This document shows positions 58,784-64,000 of a stretch of DNA of 64,000 nucleotides, piece by piece. The notes below the pieces were generated by a model. It did not search any database, had not been told where the DNA came from, and saw nothing but the letters and a program-made list of their open reading frames with translations. Each line of letters starts with the position of its first letter. The stretch's first letter is position 1. A program made the position numbers and the translations under genes. The stretch is from an uncultured Bacteroidota bacterium (lineage in GTDB: Bacteria > Bacteroidota > Bacteroidia > Flavobacteriales > Flavobacteriaceae): positions 8,963 to 72,962 of the forward strand of contig CACLAD010000002.1 of the NCBI GenBank assembly GCA_902604715.1, read 5' to 3'.

Positions 58784-59169
58784 TGGAAACGATACACAAA
58801 ATTGGTAGACGAAAGACATCTGTAGCAAGAATTTATTTGAAAAAAGGTAAAGGCAAATTTACTATCAATACCAAGGACTGGAAAGACTATTTTCCAACAA
58901 CTGCTCATCAGTTTAAAATCAACCAACCCTTTAATGTTTGCGATCAAACTAATAAGTTTGATATGAACGTCAATGTTTGTGGTGGAGGTATGACAGGCCA
59001 AGTTGAAGCAATTCGATTAGCTATTTCAAGAGCACTATGTGAGGTTGATGAGAAAAACCGAGAATTTCTTAAACCTTTAGGCCTATTGACAAGAGATCCA
59101 AGAATGGTAGAAAGAAAGAAGTTTGGTCAGAAGAAAGCTAGGAAAAAATTCCAATTCTCTAAGAGATAA
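58783..59169 (+). CDS. rpsI: 30S ribosomal protein S9
   Basis: GRRKTSVARIYL...GGGMTGQVEAIRLAISRAL...RDPRMVERKKFGQKKARKKFQFSKR. The start overlaps the rplM stop (TAATG). Confidence 0.95.
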   Translation: METIHKIGRRKTSVARIYLKKGKGKFTINTKDWKDYFPTTAHQFKINQPFNVCDQTNKFDMNVNVCGGGMTGQVEAIRLAISRALCEVDEKNREFLKPLGLLTRDPRMVERKKFGQKKARKKFQFSKR

Positions 59170-59265
59170 ATTAATAGAATTAGTTTAGCATCTAAATGTT
59201 TAAGGCTTAAATCAAATTTATACCACTTAAACATTGCTAATTAAATTAGAAAGTAAACTAAAAAA

Positions 59266-60108
59266 ATGGAAAAAGCGCAAGTATCAGAATTAATTAAAGC
59301 AGGTGTTCATTTTGGTCACCTAACAAGAAAATGGAATCCTAATATGTCTCCATATATATATATGGAAAGAAATGGGATTCATATCATAAATCTATACAAA
59401 ACCGTAGCAAAATTAGAAGATGCTTCAAATGCATTAAAAAAAATAGCAGCATCTGGAAGAAAAATACTATTTGTTGCGACCAAAAAACAAGCTAAAGATA
59501 TTGTTTCGGAGTCTTCGAGGAAAATTAATATGCCTTACATTACTGAAAGGTGGCCAGGGGGAATGCTTACGAACTTTGTAACAATAAGAAAAGCTGTGAA
59601 AAAAATGTCATCAATTGACAGAATGAAGCAAGATGGCACCTTTAATTCTCTTTCAAAAAAAGAAAAACTTCAAATAGGAAGATTGAGAGAAAAATTAGAA
59701 AAAAATCTTGGTTCAATTTCAAATATGACAAGGTTACCAGGTGCAATTTTTATAGTTGATATATTAAGAGAAAAAATTGCTGTTAAAGAGGCCCAAAAAC
59801 TTAACATACCGATTTTTGCAATGGTTGATACAAATTCTGATCCCAGGGACATTGACTATATTATTCCTGCAAATGATGATGCTTCAAAGTCAATCTCTAA
59901 AATTTTAGAACACATAGGCAATGCTGTTCAGGAAGGATTAGATGAAAGAAATTCTGATATAGATCAAGAGGAGTCTAATGGTGATACACAAAAGGCACCT
60001 GTCAAAGAAGCTCCTGTCAAAGAAGCTCCTGCTGAAGAAGCTCCTGCCAAAAAAACGTCTGCTAAAAAGAAAACAACTAAGACAAAAACAAAAAAAGATA
60101 AAAAATAA
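59266..60108 (+). CDS. rpsB: 30S ribosomal protein S2 with a repeat-containing Lys-rich C-terminal extension
   Basis: LIKAGVHFGH, ILFVATKKQA, ERWPGGMLTNF. The tail is APVKEAPVKEAPAEEAPAKKTSAKKKTTKTKTKKDKK. Confidence 0.95.
   Translation: MEKAQVSELIKAGVHFGHLTRKWNPNMSPYIYMERNGIHIINLYKTVAKLEDASNALKKIAASGRKILFVATKKQAKDIVSESSRKINMPYITERWPGGMLTNFVTIRKAVKKMSSIDRMKQDGTFNSLSKKEKLQIGRLREKLEKNLGSISNMTRLPGAIFIVDILREKIAVKEAQKLNIPIFAMVDTNSDPRDIDYIIPANDDASKSISKILEHIGNAVQEGLDERNSDIDQEESNGDTQKAPVKEAPVKEAPAEEAPAKKTSAKKKTTKTKTKKDKK
59995..60054. repeat. Four tandem 15-nt units (GCWCCTGYNRAAGAA-like) in the rpsB 3' region
   Basis: Read directly: gcacctgtcaaagaa / gctcctgtcaaagaa / gctcctgctgaagaa / gctcctgccaaaaaa. 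Confidence 0.9.
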
Positions 60109-60113
60109 ATATC

Positions 60114-60938
60114 ATGGTAAAGGTTACTGCTGCTGAGGTAAATAAACTAAGAAAAACAACAGGTGCTGGTATGATGGACTGCAAGAAAGCATTAGTTGAA
60201 GCAGATGGCAATTTTGATTCTGCAATTGAAATTCTAAGAAAAAAAGGTCAAAAAGTTGCAGCAAAAAGAGCTGACAGAGAATCATCAGAGGGTGTTGCAA
60301 TCGCAATTAAGAATGAAGATAATACTTCTGGAGTTGGAATTGTATTAGCTTGCGAAACTGACTTTGTAGGTAAAAATGCTGATTTTATCGATCTGGCATA
60401 TAAAATTGCTACCAATGGTCTGAAATGTAAATCCAAAGAAGATTTATTAAAATCTAAGCTTGGTGATATGTCAGTTGAAGAAAAACTTATTGAACAAACA
60501 GGCGTTATTGGAGAAAAAATCCAAATAAATGACTTTACTAAAATCGATGCTGCTTTTGTTGGAACATATATTCATGCCGGAAATAAAATATCATCTTTAG
60601 TTGGATTTTCTGAAAAATGTGAAAATATCGATGTTGCTGCAAAAGATATTTCAATGCAAATCGCAGCTATGAACCCTATCGCATTAGACGAAGATAGTGT
60701 TGACTCTGAAATTGTAGAAAAAGAAATTGAAATTGCAAAGGATCAGCTTAGAGCTGAGGGGAAACCTGAAGAAATGCTTGATAAAATTGCCCAAGGTAAA
60801 TTAAAGAGATTTTTCAAGGATAACACTCTAATCCATCAAGCTTTTATAAAAGATAGTAAGCAAACTGTCTCACAATATTTATCATCATTTAGTAGTGAAA
60901 CCAAAATTACTTCATACAGTAGGGTTTCTATTGGCTAA
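60114..60938 (+). CDS. tsf: Elongation factor Ts
   Basis: VNKLRKTTGAGMMDCKKALVEADGNFDSAIEILRKKG. 274 aa. Sits 5 nt after rpsB. Confidence 0.95.
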   Translation: MVKVTAAEVNKLRKTTGAGMMDCKKALVEADGNFDSAIEILRKKGQKVAAKRADRESSEGVAIAIKNEDNTSGVGIVLACETDFVGKNADFIDLAYKIATNGLKCKSKEDLLKSKLGDMSVEEKLIEQTGVIGEKIQINDFTKIDAAFVGTYIHAGNKISSLVGFSEKCENIDVAAKDISMQIAAMNPIALDEDSVDSEIVEKEIEIAKDQLRAEGKPEEMLDKIAQGKLKRFFKDNTLIHQAFIKDSKQTVSQYLSSFSSETKITSYSRVSIG

Positions 60939-60974
60939 ATATATTTCTTATTTTTTTTCACACTAAATGTGTAT

Positions 60975-60982
60975 TATATTTG
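60975..60982 (+). promoter_or_regulatory. Bacteroidota -7 box (TATATTTG) for pyrH-frr
   Basis: Exact TAnnTTTG match 21 nt upstream of ATG 61003. Confidence 0.5.
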
Positions 60983-61002
60983 TTTGAAATACATTATTTC
61001 AA

Positions 61003-61707
61003 ATGAAATACAATAGAATTCTACTAAAACTTTCAGGTGAGGCTTTAGTTGGTGATAAAAAAGGAGGAATTGACCCAGAAATCTTAATTAAATACTCCAA
61101 TGAAATTAAAAAGATTTATGATAAAGGGGTTGAAATTGCAATTGTAATTGGGGGTGGAAATATTTATCGAGGGTTCAATAACGAATATAAAATTGACAGG
61201 GTTCAAGGAGACTATATGGGTATGTTAGCTACTTTAATCAATGGCTTAGCTCTTCAAAATACTTTAGAAAATATAGGTTTACCAACTAGACTTCAAAGTG
61301 CAATTAATGTCAATAAAGTGGCTGAGCCATATATCAAAAGGAAAGCATTAAGACATTTAGATAAAAAAAGAATTGTGATTTTTAGTGCTGGAACAGGTAA
61401 TCCATACTTCACAACAGATTCTGCTGCGGTTCTAAGAGCAATTGAAATCGAAGCTGATGTAATTATAAAAGGTACTAGAGTTGATGGTATTTATAATGAT
61501 GATCCTAATAAGAATTCTGATGCATTTAAATTTGAAAAAATTACATTTAAAGAAGCGATTAGTAAGGGTCTGAAAATCATGGATACTACAGCATTTACAT
61601 TAAGTCATGAAAATAAGCTTCCAATTATTGTATTTGACATGAATCAAGAAGATAATTTATTGAAAGTTTTAAAAGGCGAAAATGTAGGAACATTGGTCAA
61701 TCTATAA
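61003..61707 (+). CDS. pyrH: UMP kinase
   Basis: RILLKLSGEAL, VIGGGNIYRG, GTGNPYFTTDSAAVLRAIE, and GTRVDGIYNDDP (family VDGVY motif). Confidence 0.95.
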   Translation: MKYNRILLKLSGEALVGDKKGGIDPEILIKYSNEIKKIYDKGVEIAIVIGGGNIYRGFNNEYKIDRVQGDYMGMLATLINGLALQNTLENIGLPTRLQSAINVNKVAEPYIKRKALRHLDKKRIVIFSAGTGNPYFTTDSAAVLRAIEIEADVIIKGTRVDGIYNDDPNKNSDAFKFEKITFKEAISKGLKIMDTTAFTLSHENKLPIIVFDMNQEDNLLKVLKGENVGTLVNL

Positions 61708-61716
61708 AATTTAACT

Positions 61717-62274
61717 ATGAATGAAGATTTAGTAATTATATTTGATTTAGCAAAGGACTCGATGTCTAATGCTATTTCTCATCTTGAAAAAAAACTTTTA
61801 AATATTAGGGCTGGAAAAGCAAATCCTAATATGCTTTCTAATGTGTTTGTTGATTACTACGGAACAAGTACTCCAATTTCGCAGGTGGCGAATGTAAATA
61901 CTCCTGACGGTAGAACACTAATAATTCAACCCTGGGACAAAACCATGTTACAAGAAATTGAAAAAGGAATTGAAGTTGCAAATCTTGGTTTTAACCCCAT
62001 GAATAATGGTGAAAATATAATTATTAATGTTCCCACTCTTACCGAAGAAAGAAGAAGAGAGCTAGTAAAACAGGCAAAAAGCGAAATTGAAGAGGCTAAG
62101 ATTGCTATCAGAAATGCTAGAAAAGATGCTAATAATGAAATTAAAAAATCATCGGATTTTTCAGATGATATGAAAAAGAATTCAGAACTTGATATACAAG
62201 AAATTACTGATAGTAACATAAAAAAAGTAGATCAAATTTTTGATAAAAAACAGCAAGAAATAATGACCTTATAA
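61717..62274 (+). CDS. frr: Ribosome recycling factor
   Basis: 185 aa. LLNIRAGKANPNML, IQPWDKTML, LTEERRRELVKQAK. Confidence 0.95.
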   Translation: MNEDLVIIFDLAKDSMSNAISHLEKKLLNIRAGKANPNMLSNVFVDYYGTSTPISQVANVNTPDGRTLIIQPWDKTMLQEIEKGIEVANLGFNPMNNGENIIINVPTLTEERRRELVKQAKSEIEEAKIAIRNARKDANNEIKKSSDFSDDMKKNSELDIQEITDSNIKKVDQIFDKKQQEIMTL

Positions 62275-62338
62275 ATTTCTATTTTTTCATTTTTTGACAG
62301 TTTGTAATTAGTATCTTTATAACAAGCAATTATAACAA

Positions 62339-64000
62339 ATGTCTAAGTCAATTTTTTCTGGATTTTGGCAAAAAATCTCAAAGTTAATTTTAAATAATAG
62401 GATTATTATTATTTTGTCTCTTGTAATTGCAACCTATTTCTTTAGTACAAATTGGGAAAATATTAGATTTACATATACCGAGGCTAACTTACTACCGGAG
62501 ACGCATCCAGAAAACATCAAATACAAAAAATTCACAGATAAATTCGGAGAAGAGGGTAATCTGATAGTTATTTCTGTAAAGGATTCAACACTTTTTACAA
62601 TTGAAAAATTAAATGCTTGGAACAATTTGTCTCACAGCTTCAACGACCATCAGGATGTATCAACGGTAATTGCTTTTGGGGATCTTCAAAAACTTAAAAA
62701 AAATAAATCTTCAAGGCAGTTTAATATTGAACCATTTATTAAAGATTCTATTTCTAGTAAATCTCAACTTGATTTGCTCAAAGAAGAGATTTTTAATAAA
62801 TCACCTTTTTATGACAAATTTTTGATTAATTCTGAATCACAAGCTGTTCGAACAGCAATTAATCTAAAAACAGAGGTTGTAAATACTGTTAAAAGAGAAA
62901 ACTTTGTTATAAATATTTTGGAACCTAAGGTAAAGGCGTTCGAAGATAAATATAATCTTGATGTAAGAATTTCTGGAATGCCTTATGTTAGGACTAAATA
63001 CTCTCAAACAATTAAAGCAGAATTAGGAAAGTTTCTGATTCTAGCTGCCTTAGTAACATCTATTATTTTCTTTTTATTCTTCAAGTCATTTAGGGCAACT
63101 ATTATTTCTATTTTTACAGTCTTAATCGGGGTTATGTGGACCCTTGGAATTGTTGGTCTATTACAATATGAATTAACAGTATTAACCGCCATAATTCCTC
63201 CCCTGATTATAGTTATTGGAATGCCAAACTGTATTTTTCTAATTAACAAATACCAGCGAGAGCTTAATATTCATGGTAATAAGCAAATAGCACTAGAAAA
63301 AGTTATAACTAAGATTGGAAATGCAACTTTGATGACTAATGTAACAACAGCCTCTGGATTTGCTACATTTATAACCACAAACAGTAAGCTACTTTCCGAA
63401 TTTGGACTTGTAGCCTCTCTAAGTATATTATCAATATTTATACTGTGTTTGTTAATTATTCCGATAGTATATAGCTTTTTACCTATACCCAAAGAAGAGC
63501 ACCTAAAACATCAAAATAGACAATGGATAAATACACTATTAAATTGGATGGTTAGTGTGGTTAAAAATAAAAGGATTGAAGTTTATATTATTTCTATTAT
63601 AATGTTAGCCGTTAGTATAATTGGCATATACAAAATTGAAATTTCTGGGAGTTTTATTGATGATATGCCAAGAAATACTGAATTTTTTGATGACATAATG
63701 TATTATGAAAAGGAATTTAATGGAATCCTTCCCTTAGAAATATACATTGATGGAGGAAGAAAAGAGTCTGTTCGTAAACTTTCAACGATAAGAAATTTAG
63801 AGAAAGTTCAAAATGCAATTTCTGAATTTCCAGAATTGTCAACACCTATATCGTTAGTAAACGGAGTAAAATATTCAAAACAAGCATTTTATAATGGTAA
63901 TCCAAAATATTATCAGGTACCAACTAAACAAGAAGAGTCATTTATTGCCTCATATGTTAAAAATTCTGAAGTCTCTGGAGATGTTGATCTTTTAAAACCC
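62339..64000 (+). CDS. MMPL/RND-superfamily (sterol-sensing-domain type) membrane transporter, 5' part; runs off the right edge
   Basis: Not in the ORF track because no stop lies in the window. My own translation from ATG 62339 is open for 554 codons. It gives MSKSIFSGFWQKISKLILNNRIIIILSLVIA..., a periplasmic domain, then a TM bundle (GKFLILAALVTSIIFFLFFKSFRATIISIFTVLIGVMWTLG...IIPPLIIVIGMPNCIFLINKY...MTNVTTASGFATF). Confidence 0.75.
   Translation, partial: MSKSIFSGFWQKISKLILNNRIIIILSLVIATYFFSTNWENIRFTYTEANLLPETHPENIKYKKFTDKFGEEGNLIVISVKDSTLFTIEKLNAWNNLSHSFNDHQDVSTVIAFGDLQKLKKNKSSRQFNIEPFIKDSISSKSQLDLLKEEIFNKSPFYDKFLINSESQAVRTAINLKTEVVNTVKRENFVINILEPKVKAFEDKYNLDVRISGMPYVRTKYSQTIKAELGKFLILAALVTSIIFFLFFKSFRATIISIFTVLIGVMWTLGIVGLLQYELTVLTAIIPPLIIVIGMPNCIFLINKYQRELNIHGNKQIALEKVITKIGNATLMTNVTTASGFATFITTNSKLLSEFGLVASLSILSIFILCLLIIPIVYSFLPIPKEEHLKHQNRQWINTLLNWMVSVVKNKRIEVYIISIIMLAVSIIGIYKIEISGSFIDDMPRNTEFFDDIMYYEKEFNGILPLEIYIDGGRKESVRKLSTIRNLEKVQNAISEFPELSTPISLVNGVKYSKQAFYNGNPKYYQVPTKQEESFIASYVKNSEVSGDVDLLKP

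Noticed and set aside
62294-62323. E. coli-type sigma-70 promoter look-alike (TTGACA, about 18 nt, TATAAC) upstream of the MMPL-type gene.
   Set aside because: The primary sigma factor of Bacteroidota does not use the -35/-10 consensus. There is no TAnnTTTG box here, so the promoter for this gene remains unassigned.
62434-63492. Three minus-strand ORFs (62434-62625, 63004-63249 and 63271-63492) listed in the track.
   Set aside because: They are antisense to the long open plus-strand MMPL-type frame that the track omits for lack of a stop, and they have no family features.
1-64000. Search for CRISPR arrays, IS elements, integrases, phage or plasmid genes, toxin-antitoxin pairs, restriction-modification or other defence-island content, rRNA, tmRNA and riboswitch-like long leaders.
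   Set aside because: I saw no direct-repeat/spacer arrays, terminal inverted repeats, transposase or recombinase motifs, or clusters of unknown genes. Every ORF longer than 200 aa has a housekeeping or envelope/respiration assignment. The only sizeable non-coding regions are 44371-44591 and 49295-49588, and the second is largely explained by the tRNA.

Overview
This is a strongly AT-rich, very gene-dense chromosomal segment. Gene content and order point to a core-genome region of a Flavobacteriia (Bacteroidota) bacterium: a nadK tail, then DUF6089-uppS-bamA-skp-skp-murI; sprA and a PorP/SprF gene; alternative complex III directly upstream of an aa3-type oxidase; and Bacteroidota-type TAnnTTTG promoter boxes. 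I can support about 55 protein genes, one tRNA (Gln-TTG), three intrinsic terminators, about ten promoter boxes and three short in-frame tandem repeats. Main blocks, left to right: (1) an envelope biogenesis cluster, 0.1-6.3 kb; (2) PorP/SprF, NifU-like and DUF255 genes; (3) a 34-kb uninterrupted minus-strand array, 10.4-44.4 kb; (4) rimP-nusA-infB behind tRNA-Gln; (5) a plus-strand block of DUF2723, an MFS transporter, glycosylasparaginase, polA, rplM-rpsI-rpsB-tsf, pyrH-frr and the start of an MMPL/RND-superfamily transporter that runs off the window. The ORF track omits that last gene. The minus-strand array holds tsaB, a TolC/HlyD/2xFtsX-permease/ATPase efflux operon, a cytochrome oxidase subunit III/IV and assembly cluster, tonB, gcvH, sprA, ruvA, queG, ruvB, coxI/coxII and actABCDEF. 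I found no rRNA, CRISPR array, transposase, integrase, phage or recognisable defence genes. I do not see a convincing undescribed multi-gene system; the region looks like ordinary core genome. The best leads are small. They are a strong terminator hairpin wedged between tRNA-Gln and the rimP start codon, a His-rich repeat loop in ActF, a cysteine-less SCO-like paralog, a CxxC micro-protein at the end of the oxidase assembly operon, structured leaders at pyrH and rpsB, and two candidate leaderless mRNAs. All protein calls rest on motif and family recognition by eye; no database search was run.
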